Shown: positions 39,848 to 49,004 of the stretch, piece by piece | Layout of the letters: every line of letters begins with the position of its first letter | Position numbering within the stretch: position 1 is the stretch's first letter | Assembly (NCBI GenBank): GCA_963758525.1 | Contig: CAVWVQ010000003.1 | Coordinates: 192,001 to 256,000, forward strand | Origin: an uncultured Phycisphaerales bacterium | GTDB lineage: Bacteria > Planctomycetota > Phycisphaerae > Tepidisphaerales > Tepidisphaeraceae | Length of the DNA stretch: 64,000 bases | Reading direction: 5' to 3' | Program-made: the position numbers and the translations under genes | The notes under the pieces: generated by a model | Databases searched by the model: none | Seen by the model: only the letters and a program-made list of their open reading frames with translations | Told to the model about the DNA's origin: nothing

Positions 39848-41434
39848 ATGACATATCGGCTTCGGATTGCATCGGTTCTATGTTTGCTGTTCGCTACGGC
39901 CCTGTCGATTCCGATCGCGGCTTGGGCTGTAGATTCCGATGCCGACGCTCCTGCACTGGGGCATAAGAAACTCAGTCCGGAAGAAGCCCTTCGGATTCGC
40001 ATCCTGGAATCGCAGGCGGGGCTGCGCACGGGCATCGCGAAAGCGCCGCATTCGCAAACCATCGTGGGGCCGAATCTCGAGGATCGGGAGAAGGTGCAGC
40101 AGGCGCTCAACCGCATGAGCTATGGTCCGCGTCCCGGCGAAGTGGACGCGATCATCAACAACGGCGGATGGGAAGCATGGGCCAAGCAACAGCTCAATCC
40201 CGACTCCATCGACGATTCGGCGGTGGATAAGGCAGTCGCCTCGCGCTACCCGTGGACCAAGATGAGCATCAACCAGATCCACGACAACTATTACGAGGAA
40301 AAGGACAATCGCGGGGCGCTCTACAAAGGTCTGCCTGATTCGGTTTTGTATCGGGCCACGTTCAGCAAGCGCGAGTTCAAGGAGATGGTGGTCGATTTCT
40401 GGCGGAACCACTTCGCGATCGATCAGCCGCATGATGGCGATAAGACCCGATCGTGGACGGCGCCCGACTATGAAGAGAATGTGATTCGCAAGTTCGCGTT
40501 CGGCAAATTCAAGCAGATGCTTTTTGCCTCGGCGACCCACCCGGCGATGCTGGAATATCTCGACCAGCAATTGAGCAAGGCCGGGGAATGGAACGAAAAC
40601 TACGCCCGCGAAGTGATGGAACTGCATACGCTGGGCGCGGACCACGGATACACGGATCGGGACGTGCAGGAACTGTCCAAAGTCCTGACGGGGTGGCGCT
40701 ACGACAGCAACTACCATTTTGCGTTTGATGCTTCCTGGCAGCAGCCGGGCAATAAGTACTGGCTGGGGATGGTGATTCCGGCGGGTTATAAGGGCGGAGA
40801 GAAGGCTCTCTACACGCTGGCCACGCATCCGAACACGGCTCAGTTCATCTCCCTCAAGCTCTGCCGGTACTTCGTCAACGACAATCCCCCAGAAGCTCTG
40901 GTCAAGCGGGTGGCGAGCGTGTTTCAGGACAGCGAGGGCGACCTGCCCAAAGTGTATGCCGCGATCATCTTCAGTCCCGAGTTCATGAGCCGTGAGAATT
41001 ATCGCGCCAAGTTCAAGACGCCAATGCAGTTTGCCGTCAGTGCTTTAAGGGCAACCGACGCGCAGGTGGAAGATTTCAGCAGCACGGCAGGCACGGTGAC
41101 GGGAATGGGCGAGGCCATCTATGAATGCGCCGACCCGACCGGCTATCGTGATGTGGCCGAGAGCTGGATGGACGCCGGCGTGCTGACCAAGCGATGGGAC
41201 TACGCCTGGGCGCTGATGCGCGGGAGCGTTGGCGGCGCGTCGGTGCCGCAGTCGTTCCTCGACCGTTACAAGGGCATGAAGCCCGAGGATCTGGAAGCGA
41301 AGCTGATCACGAACATGATCGGCGGCGAGGTTGGGGATCGCGAAATCAAGTCGCTGCAGAGCGCCGCGACGGACAATGACGTGCCGCGAATGGTCAGCAT
41401 CATTCTCGGGTCTCCCTCGTTTCAACAACGATAA
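39848..41434 (+). CDS. DUF1800 family protein
   Basis: LNRMSYGPRPG, DFWRNHF, HPAMLEYLD, NENYAREVMELHTLG, SPSFQQR. Confidence 0.92.
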   Translation: MTYRLRIASVLCLLFATALSIPIAAWAVDSDADAPALGHKKLSPEEALRIRILESQAGLRTGIAKAPHSQTIVGPNLEDREKVQQALNRMSYGPRPGEVDAIINNGGWEAWAKQQLNPDSIDDSAVDKAVASRYPWTKMSINQIHDNYYEEKDNRGALYKGLPDSVLYRATFSKREFKEMVVDFWRNHFAIDQPHDGDKTRSWTAPDYEENVIRKFAFGKFKQMLFASATHPAMLEYLDQQLSKAGEWNENYAREVMELHTLGADHGYTDRDVQELSKVLTGWRYDSNYHFAFDASWQQPGNKYWLGMVIPAGYKGGEKALYTLATHPNTAQFISLKLCRYFVNDNPPEALVKRVASVFQDSEGDLPKVYAAIIFSPEFMSRENYRAKFKTPMQFAVSALRATDAQVEDFSSTAGTVTGMGEAIYECADPTGYRDVAESWMDAGVLTKRWDYAWALMRGSVGGASVPQSFLDRYKGMKPEDLEAKLITNMIGGEVGDREIKSLQSAATDNDVPRMVSIILGSPSFQQR

Positions 41435-41481
41435 CCTTTTCATCAAGCAAGTTTGATTTTCCCGCTATCACAGGAGCCGTT

Positions 41482-42861
41482 ATGAGTCAGTCGCGAAGAG
41501 ATTTCCTCAAGGCGTCGGGTCTGGTAATCATGGCCGGCGCGGCCGGATATCTGGGCACCGACGAATTCGTCCGCGGGCAGTTCGCCAACTACGGCGCTTC
41601 CCATCCGGGCGCCACCGCCGGCTCGCGCCAGCGGCCGACCCTCGTGACCATCTTCCTTCGCGGCGGAGCGGACGCGCTCAACGCGTTCGTCCCGTACGGC
41701 GATCCGCTGTACTACAAGCATCGCTCCCGCATCGCTCTCTATCCCTCCGCCGCCAAAAAGGGGCGCGAGGCCGGCGTCATTCCGGTTCGCAATTCCCCCT
41801 ACTGGGGAATGAACTCCAGCATGGCGCCGCTCACCCCGCTCATCGAGCAGGGCGTGCTCATGCCGTTCATGAACGTCGGGTCGATCGACGGCACCCGCTC
41901 GCACTTTAGCGCGCAGGACAACATGGAACGCGCGGTCATGAGCCACAGCGGCATCAACAGCGGGTGGCTCAATCGCTACCTCGAAGCCACCAAAAAGCCC
42001 TACGATGCGCCGCTCCGCGGACTGACCGCTCAGAACCTCGTTCCCCGCGCGCTCCGCGGCAACTACCCGGTTCTGGCCGGCAACAACCGCAGCGAGCAGA
42101 TGGATCTCTTCGAAGACCTTTATTCCAACAAGAATCTGGTCAACATGACCGCCCGCGACGGCGCCGGCGAAGAGCGCGGCTCCCGCCTCGACGACACCGA
42201 CTACAAGCCCGAGGAACACGCCCTCACCAGCGACATGGAGCGCGACATCATCGCCGCCTCCGGCGCCAATTCCGTTGAGCGCATCAAGGCGCTGGAAAAG
42301 GCAGAGCAAACGCAGACCGACGCGGAGTATCCCGGCGGCGGCCTGTCCAGTCAGCTTCGTACGATTGCCAAAGTCATCAAGGCGGACGTCGGGCTCGAAG
42401 TGGCCCAGGCTGATTTCGGCGGATGGGACACCCACAGCGGCCAGGGAGGCGTCGGCGGGCGTCACGCGAGGATGCTGGGCGAACTCAGCGCCGCGCTGGT
42501 GGCGTTTAATAAGGATCTTGGATCGCACATGGACCGCACGCTCGTGCTGGTCATGTCCGAGTTCGGCCGAACCGTTGACGACAACGGCGCGGAAGGCACC
42601 GACCACGGCCGCGCCGGCTTCATGATCGCCATGGGCAACATGGTGCAGGCCAAGGAACCCGTCTCCGGCGTCTGGAAGGGATTGCAGGACCTCGACGGTG
42701 GTCGCTTCCTTCCCGTGCACACCGACTTCCGCAGCGTCTACGCCGAGTCGCTGACCCGTCTCTTCCACGTGGACCCATTCAAGACGGGAATCCTGCCCGG
42801 TTACAAGGCCACCGCCGCGGACTTCCCCAACTTCATGAAGCAACTGCCGGAGCAAGCGTAA
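41482..42861 (+). CDS. DUF1501 family protein (Tat signal)
   Basis: SRRDFLK; FLRGGADALN, RSHF, GGWDTH, SEFGRT, GTDHG, DFRSVY. Confidence 0.92.
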   Translation: MSQSRRDFLKASGLVIMAGAAGYLGTDEFVRGQFANYGASHPGATAGSRQRPTLVTIFLRGGADALNAFVPYGDPLYYKHRSRIALYPSAAKKGREAGVIPVRNSPYWGMNSSMAPLTPLIEQGVLMPFMNVGSIDGTRSHFSAQDNMERAVMSHSGINSGWLNRYLEATKKPYDAPLRGLTAQNLVPRALRGNYPVLAGNNRSEQMDLFEDLYSNKNLVNMTARDGAGEERGSRLDDTDYKPEEHALTSDMERDIIAASGANSVERIKALEKAEQTQTDAEYPGGGLSSQLRTIAKVIKADVGLEVAQADFGGWDTHSGQGGVGGRHARMLGELSAALVAFNKDLGSHMDRTLVLVMSEFGRTVDDNGAEGTDHGRAGFMIAMGNMVQAKEPVSGVWKGLQDLDGGRFLPVHTDFRSVYAESLTRLFHVDPFKTGILPGYKATAADFPNFMKQLPEQA

Positions 42862-42882
42862 GCCGGGGGCTTCGCCCCCGAA

Positions 42883-43070
42883 ACCCGAATGACGAAACCA
42901 GAATTCCGAATCAAATCCGAATGACGAATGACGAATGACGAAACGCGATCCTTTCAGGCAAGCAGCGATGGGACAGACAATCGGCGGTGAACTCCCGACT
43001 CCCTGTTTCGGGCTTTGGACATTCGTCATTCGGGTTTGATTCTGATTTCGGGTTTCGTCATTCGGGTTTT
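42883..43070. repeat. Family B GAATGAC inverted-repeat element
   Basis: cccgaatgacgaaaccagaattccgaatcaaatccgaatgacgaatgacgaatgacgaa ... ttcgtcattcgggtttgattctgatttcgggtttcgtcattcggg. Confidence 0.8.
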
Positions 43071-43093
43071 CCCCTCAACCCCTGAACCCTGTA

Positions 43094-43636
43094 ATGCGTC
43101 TCCCCCTCCTTCCCGAATCCGTCGCCCAGGAATCGTGGTACGCCGACGGCCTGCAATTCACCTGCTCCCAATGCGGCAACTGCTGCACGGGCGGTCCCGG
43201 TTACGTCTGGATCAGCGACGAAGAAATCCGCCGGCTCGCGACACATCTCCAACTGTCGGAGAAGCAGGTGCGCGAACGATTCTGTCGCAAGATTGAAGGC
43301 CGGATCTCGTTGAAGGAGACGCGCACCCCCGAGGGAATGTACGACTGCATCTTTCTCAAGGAAGACGTTCAGCGCGGCAGGAAAACCTGCTCGATCTACC
43401 CGGTTCGTCCGCTCCAATGCAGGACGTGGCCCTTCTGGCCGGAGAATCTTCTCGATCGCGCCCGCTGGGACCGCGCCGCGAAACGCTGCCATGGGATGAA
43501 CCACGGCCGCACCTTCAGCCTGCCGCAACTGCAGTCGATTCGCGATGCCAAAGACTGGCCGGACAATCCGCCGACGTCAGCCGCGCAGGCGAAAGTCCGG
43601 GTGACGAAACCCGAAACCAGAATCAAGTCAGAATGA
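43094..43636 (+). CDS. YkgJ-family CxxCxxCC cysteine-cluster protein
   Basis: FTCSQCGNCC, CIFL, CSIYPVRPLQCRTWPFW. Confidence 0.9.
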   Translation: MRLPLLPESVAQESWYADGLQFTCSQCGNCCTGGPGYVWISDEEIRRLATHLQLSEKQVRERFCRKIEGRISLKETRTPEGMYDCIFLKEDVQRGRKTCSIYPVRPLQCRTWPFWPENLLDRARWDRAAKRCHGMNHGRTFSLPQLQSIRDAKDWPDNPPTSAAQAKVRVTKPETRIKSE

Positions 43637-43830
43637 CTGGATGTGGAAACTGCGGATGCGTGTCGTCGTTTCAAGGTGATCAAAACCGCGCGTTGCATAT
43701 AGCTTCAACTCACCGAGTGCGCGAACAGGATCGCTTGCTGCGTTTCATTCAGTCATTCGTCATTCTGGTTTGATTCTTTGATTGGGGATTCTGGTTTCGG
43801 AATTCGGATTTTTCGGTGAACCGGAACTAT

Positions 43831-44286
43831 CTACTTCCCCTCAGCCGGCCGGATCATGATGAACTTCCCGTGATCGTATTTTGACGAATAAGTGCAATTG
43901 AAATCCGTATTCGTCGCGGTCCCGTCGTATTTGTAAACGCCGCCGGCAAGCGATCCGAGATCCTGTGCTCCCGAAAGGTGGACCGAGTTTTCCTGGGGCG
44001 TTCCTTGCAGTTCGGCGACGTACGCAAACGTAAAGATCTTCCAATATGTCGCGACAAAGTGGGCGCAGTAGCGGTCATCGCCGGTCTTTGTCATTACGCA
44101 TCTCAGACTCCCGGTGTGATCGTCCTTGTCGCTTCTCCAATGGCCCTGCCATTTTCCTTCGATATCGCCCGGACTGGTGGCCGCCGGCGCCTCCTTCCAC
44201 TCACGGTTGAAGCTGGAGCACCCGGCGAGAAATGCCAGGCTGGACAGGATGACCCATCGATTGCATCTGCCTGTTGCGGTTGACAT
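43831..44286 (-). CDS. Putative lipoprotein
   Basis: LAFLAGC lipobox; GKWQGHW..HTGSLRC..YCAHF.A.YWK. Confidence 0.75.
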   Translation of the reverse strand: MSTATGRCNRWVILSSLAFLAGCSSFNREWKEAPAATSPGDIEGKWQGHWRSDKDDHTGSLRCVMTKTGDDRYCAHFVATYWKIFTFAYVAELQGTPQENSVHLSGAQDLGSLAGGVYKYDGTATNTDFNCTYSSKYDHGKFIMIRPAEGK

Positions 44287-44297
44287 GGTTTCTGATT

Positions 44298-44912
44298 TTA
44301 CGCCGGGTCCTTCAAGACAGCAGCGTCATTCTTTCCCTGACGCAGCGCCGTCACGTTTTCGAGGATGGCCGTGAGCCGCGCGATAATCGCCTCGTGCCGT
44401 TCGGTCTCCGGCGTCGGTGTCTTCTGCACGAATGAAATGGTGCCGGTCGGCTCCAGCATGCAGCGATCGACGTCATGCAGCGACGCAATCCCCTGCTTAT
44501 GTGCGGCGGCGACGAGCTCCTCCCTGGAGATCAGCTCGCGCTGCAGATGATCCTTGTGGATTTTCCCGCCGCTCATCAGCACGTCCGCCTTTCCTTCGAT
44601 CAGCCGGCCCAGCTTCCGGTTGCTGTAGATGATTCGCACGACGACGTAGTTGATGGCCAGAAGTGTTGCCGCGCCGAGGATGCCCCCGGTGATGCTGTTG
44701 TCGTTGCCGATGATGGCATTTTGCACCGTGTTCGAAAGAGTCATCAGGACGACGAAATCGAACGGATTGATCTGCGCCAGCTCGCGTTTTCCCGCCAGCC
44801 GCAGGCCGATGATGAGAAACACGTAGACCACGATCGGCCGTACTATTTTTTCCAGATAGGTGACGGCGGTTGAATCGAGAACAAACATGTTATGCAGTGC
44901 GGTGTCGAGCAT
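44298..44912 (-). CDS. DUF421/YetF-family membrane protein
   Basis: LRLAGKRELAQINPFDFV..SNTVQNAI..LEPTGTIS. Confidence 0.9.
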   Translation of the reverse strand: MLDTALHNMFVLDSTAVTYLEKIVRPIVVYVFLIIGLRLAGKRELAQINPFDFVVLMTLSNTVQNAIIGNDNSITGGILGAATLLAINYVVVRIIYSNRKLGRLIEGKADVLMSGGKIHKDHLQRELISREELVAAAHKQGIASLHDVDRCMLEPTGTISFVQKTPTPETERHEAIIARLTAILENVTALRQGKNDAAVLKDPA

Positions 44913-45023
44913 GGGAACCTCCGAAAGCGGCGCATTGTAAGCGCAGCCCGGGGGTTCTCGAACTCATGCGAACTCATGCGAAAGCATTGGAAAGCCCGCT
45001 CCGTTCGTGTACAACCGATCTCT

Positions 45024-45147
45024 CGCGCCGCGGTAGCGGCCGGGACCGATGCAAAGGTCGGCTGTGAACCGGGTCAGGTCCGAAAGGAAGCAGCCCTAAG
45101 CAGATCCGGTTTTGTGCCCTCGTGTTCCCGGTCGCTTCCGCGGCGCG
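45024..45147 (+). ncRNA. ffs: Signal recognition particle RNA (4.5S)
   Basis: Domain IV motif tcaggtccgaaaggaagcagc inside a long stem (cgcgccgcggtagcggccggga / tcccggtcgcttccgcggcgcg). Ends approximate. Confidence 0.9.
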
Positions 45148-45202
45148 GTCGTCCGGTTCCACTCCGTTTCTTCCGGCCGAAGTGGTGCGCACGCGGGAGC
45201 GG

Positions 45203-46258
45203 CTAGCGCAGCTCTGCTCCGGTCCGAATGTCGGCGCGCTCGGGCTTGGGCTCGCGGGTCATCAGGTAACTGAGGGCGTGCAGCACATCGAGGCTCTCGA
45301 AGAGAATTCGATAGACGGCTTCGGTGATCGGCATTTCGACGTTGTATTGCCGGGCGAGCGTGAAGAGGGCCTTGGTGGTGGGGACCCCCTCGGCGACGCT
45401 GTCCATCGAAGCAAGAATCTGTGAAAGCTGCATTCCCTTCCCGATGCGCTCGCCGACGGTGCGGTTGCGGCCTTCGGGGCTGACGCAGGTGGTGATCAGG
45501 TCGCCGAGGCCGGCGAGGCCCTGGAAGGTTTCGGGGCGGGCGCCCATGGCGGTGCCCAAGCGGCTGATTTCGACCAGGCCGCGAGTGACCAGGGCGGCCT
45601 TGGCGTTGTTGCCGGCGGAGAGGCCGTCGAGAATTCCGGCGGCGATGGCGATCACGTTTTTGGTCGCGCCGGCGAGTTCGACGCCGATCACGTCGGTGTT
45701 GGTGTAAACGCGAAACCACTGCGTGGAAAAGGCGGCCTGGACGCGTTCGCCAAGCGCCGGGTCGTCCGACGCAACGACCGCAGTTGCGGGAAGGTAGCGG
45801 GCGAGCTCGGCGGCAATGTTCGGACCGGAGAGGGCGGCCAGGCGCGTGCCCCCTTGCTGAATGATCCCGAAGCCGGCGTCCTTGAGCACGTTTGAGATGA
45901 TTTGCGTGGGACACAGGAGCGTCGAGGTTTCGATTCCCTTTGCCACCGAAACTACCGGAATACCTTTGGGAAGGTGCGGTGCGAGCCGGGTCCAGACGCC
46001 GCGCATGTATTGCGTTGGGACGGCGGACAGCACCATGGTTGCGCCGTTGAAGCAGCTTGCGTCATTGGCGGTCAGCGCGACTCCGGTTGGAATCCGCACG
46101 CCGGGCAAAAGCCGCTCCTGCTCGCGGTTTTGAATCAGCCTTTCGATCGATTCCTCGAAGGCGCCCCAGATGGTGACGTGATGGCCGTTCTGGCTGAGGA
46201 GGATCGAGCAGACGGTGGCCATCGCGCCGTCGCCGAGGATCGTGATGTGCTCGGGCAT
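45203..46258 (-). CDS. gpsA: NAD(P)H-dependent glycerol-3-phosphate dehydrogenase
   Basis: ILGDGAMAT, VAKGIE, LSGPNIA, GVELAGATKNVIAIAAG, GLGDLITTC, RNRTVG. Confidence 0.95.
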   Translation of the reverse strand: MPEHITILGDGAMATVCSILLSQNGHHVTIWGAFEESIERLIQNREQERLLPGVRIPTGVALTANDASCFNGATMVLSAVPTQYMRGVWTRLAPHLPKGIPVVSVAKGIETSTLLCPTQIISNVLKDAGFGIIQQGGTRLAALSGPNIAAELARYLPATAVVASDDPALGERVQAAFSTQWFRVYTNTDVIGVELAGATKNVIAIAAGILDGLSAGNNAKAALVTRGLVEISRLGTAMGARPETFQGLAGLGDLITTCVSPEGRNRTVGERIGKGMQLSQILASMDSVAEGVPTTKALFTLARQYNVEMPITEAVYRILFESLDVLHALSYLMTREPKPERADIRTGAELR

Positions 46259-46534
46259 GGGGGGGATTGTACCCCTCTGCCGGAGTACCGGGAGAGGGGT
46301 GCAAGGAATTTCACGGGGGAGCCGCTTCGCGAACAATTTGATCAATTTGGGAACTGTGCCGCAAGCATGCTGGGGGCCCGCCTTGGTCCTCCGCCGGAGC
46401 ATCGGTGAAGGGAATAGAAGGGCCGTCGAAATTGTCACGCCCTTCTGCGTGGTGATGGGATCGCAGCCGGGACGGCTGTGCTACGGGGATGGCGCTTCTG
46501 AATGGCTTGGAAATTTAGGCCTTTTCGTGCGGGC

Positions 46535-48979
46535 TTACACGTGACCGTTGGCGCCGTTCGATCCGTTGGTCCCACTGGCGCCGTTGGTGCCTTGCGAGGC
46601 TTTGGCACCGTTGGAACCATTGGTGCCGTGTGCGCCGTTGGTGGCGTGGTGTCCGTTGGTTCCGTTGGTTCCGTTGGTTCCGTTGGTTCCGTTGCCATTG
46701 GAACCGTTGGTTCCGCGATGGCCGTTGGTCCCATTGGCGTGGCCGTTGCCGTTTTGATAGGCGTAGTAGGTCTTGATCAGCGGGCCGTAGTATCCGCCGC
46801 CCTGCACGCGGACGGCGTTGAGAATGACGCCCAGATGCTCGGCCTTGAGCTGTCGGAGCTGATCGCGGAGGCGCTGGAGGATGCCTCGGCTGTCGCCCAT
46901 GGCGCGGACGACGGTGACGACGCCATCGACGCGCGGGGCCAGACCGACGGTTTCGGAGACGATCAGCAGCGGGCCGCTGTCGAAAATGACATGATCGTAT
47001 TCTTCCAATGCCCGCTCGATGAAGTCGATGAGCAACTGGCTCTCGAGAAGCTCAGTGGAATTGGCGGGCTTGTTGCCAAGCACGAGCACCGAGAGGTTTG
47101 GAACGCCGGTCTCGCGGACGGCGTGAGCGAACTGCTCGCCGCTGGTGAGCACGTCTCCGAAGCCCAGATGATTGTCGAGATTGAAGATCTGATGGAGCTG
47201 AGGCCTGCGGAAGTTGGCGTCGACGAGAAGAATGCGGCGGCCGTTGAGAGCGAGTCCGGCGGCGAGATTGCAGGCGACGGTGGTCTTGCCGTCTCCGGGG
47301 CTGCAGCCGGTGACGAGGATGCTGCGGGTGGTATCCAGCGACGCTGCGTGCTGCAGCCGCGTGCGCACCTGGCGGAATTGCTCGGCGATCATGGAATGGG
47401 GAGCTTCCATGATCAGCAGCGGCAACCGCGCTCCGACCGCCTGCGGATCGTCATCCTGATGCGGGATCATCCCGAGCAGGTTCAACTGCCCGACCCGCGC
47501 GATATCGCGTGGCGAACGAACGCTGGTGTTGGTCACTTCGCGAAGGAATGCAATTCCCAATCCCAGCGCCAGGCTCAGCCCGATCGCCATGGTCATGGTG
47601 TTGACCAGCTTGGGAAAAGTGGGAACCTCAGGCAGCTCGGGATGCGTGTACCAACTGACATTGGCGTAGCCGCCGTTGTTCCAGTTGCGCACGTTGTCCT
47701 GCGTGTCCTTCAATTTAGCGAGCTTATCCAGCGAAGCGCGCTCTTCGGTCTTGAGACGCAGGTATTCGTTCTGCTGGGCCGCCAGATCCGCCATTTTCGA
47801 CTGCACCGCGTCGACCTGGGCGCCGATCGCGGCCACGCGCGCCTGGCCGTCCACCAGAGCATCGGTCAGCTCGTTCTGCAGCCGCTGCACGTAGTCTTTG
47901 CGAAGCTGCTCGTGCTGCGCGTCCACGTCCTTTTGCAGCATGTCGATCATCTTCCCCAGATCCTTCACCTGCGGATTCGACGACCCCAGGCTCTGCTGGA
48001 GACGGACCATCTCCATCTTCTCCGCATCCAGGCGCGCCTGTGATTCGGAGAACTTTCCGTTCAGACGAATCGCATCTTCAACCGACGGAGTGGTATTGGT
48101 CGTGCGCAGGTCCTTTTGAAATTTATCGTACCGCTCCCGCAAATCATCCAGCATCGAGTTGAGGCGCAACTTCTCGGCCGTCAATGTCTCGAACAGTGTT
48201 TCGCGGTAGCCGCGACCCTCCAGCGGCTGGCCCTCGTCGCTCAACTGCTTGGTCAGCTTCGCGAGGCGGCTCTGTGTTTCGCTGAGGTCGCCCTCATACT
48301 GGAGCTGCATGCGTGCCAGCATGCGGGACTGATCGGCATCCCGGACCTGGCTGGCTTCGCGCTGGTCGGCAATGTGCTGTGTAACCACCGCTTCGACGAT
48401 GGCGCGCGTATCGGCCGGCACTTCGCTGGAAAACGAGATAGCCATCAGGCGTGACGCGGGGACGCCCGAGACTTCCAGATTCTCGAGCAAGCTTTGCTTG
48501 GCCGCCTCGACGTCGACAGTCGGCCGGCCGTTGACCGAATGGACGAACTGCTGAAACCATCGGGTTTCACGAATGGCGGTGCTGCCATCCAGCACGCGAA
48601 CGATCAGGTCGCCGTGCTGGATCTTCGCCGCCTGCTCATGGGTCTCGAGGTCGACATTAACCGCGCCCTGCGAGGAATACATGTCGCCCATGTGGGGGAA
48701 ATCTTCGGCGGTCATGATGCGGACCATGCCGGTGGAGGTGAACCGCGGGTGGTTGAGGGCAAGCCAGGTGTTGATGCCGTATCCGATCGCTCCGCCGACG
48801 ATCAGGAGCAATCCGATCAGCCAGGCGTTGGCACGGAGCACGCGGAGGATGTCATTGCCGCTCATCGTGGCGGCGGCGGGCTGCTGATGTGCGATGACCG
48901 GGACGGCGCCGGGAATCGCCAGCGCCGTCATTCCCGGCCGCGGGGCTCGCATCGGAGTGGTCTGTGGCAACGTTGTCAT
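46535..48979 (-). CDS. Polysaccharide co-polymerase/BY-kinase (Wzc-like) with an Asn-Gly repeat tail
   Basis: Two TM segments around a coiled coil; PGDGKTT, LLVDANFRRP, VIFDSGP; Tyr cluster GYYG..TYYAY. Confidence 0.92.
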   Translation of the reverse strand: MTTLPQTTPMRAPRPGMTALAIPGAVPVIAHQQPAAATMSGNDILRVLRANAWLIGLLLIVGGAIGYGINTWLALNHPRFTSTGMVRIMTAEDFPHMGDMYSSQGAVNVDLETHEQAAKIQHGDLIVRVLDGSTAIRETRWFQQFVHSVNGRPTVDVEAAKQSLLENLEVSGVPASRLMAISFSSEVPADTRAIVEAVVTQHIADQREASQVRDADQSRMLARMQLQYEGDLSETQSRLAKLTKQLSDEGQPLEGRGYRETLFETLTAEKLRLNSMLDDLRERYDKFQKDLRTTNTTPSVEDAIRLNGKFSESQARLDAEKMEMVRLQQSLGSSNPQVKDLGKMIDMLQKDVDAQHEQLRKDYVQRLQNELTDALVDGQARVAAIGAQVDAVQSKMADLAAQQNEYLRLKTEERASLDKLAKLKDTQDNVRNWNNGGYANVSWYTHPELPEVPTFPKLVNTMTMAIGLSLALGLGIAFLREVTNTSVRSPRDIARVGQLNLLGMIPHQDDDPQAVGARLPLLIMEAPHSMIAEQFRQVRTRLQHAASLDTTRSILVTGCSPGDGKTTVACNLAAGLALNGRRILLVDANFRRPQLHQIFNLDNHLGFGDVLTSGEQFAHAVRETGVPNLSVLVLGNKPANSTELLESQLLIDFIERALEEYDHVIFDSGPLLIVSETVGLAPRVDGVVTVVRAMGDSRGILQRLRDQLRQLKAEHLGVILNAVRVQGGGYYGPLIKTYYAYQNGNGHANGTNGHRGTNGSNGNGTNGTNGTNGTNGHHATNGAHGTNGSNGAKASQGTNGASGTNGSNGANGHV

Positions 48980-49004
48980 GAACTGTCATTTCCCAGCAGG
49001 CATT

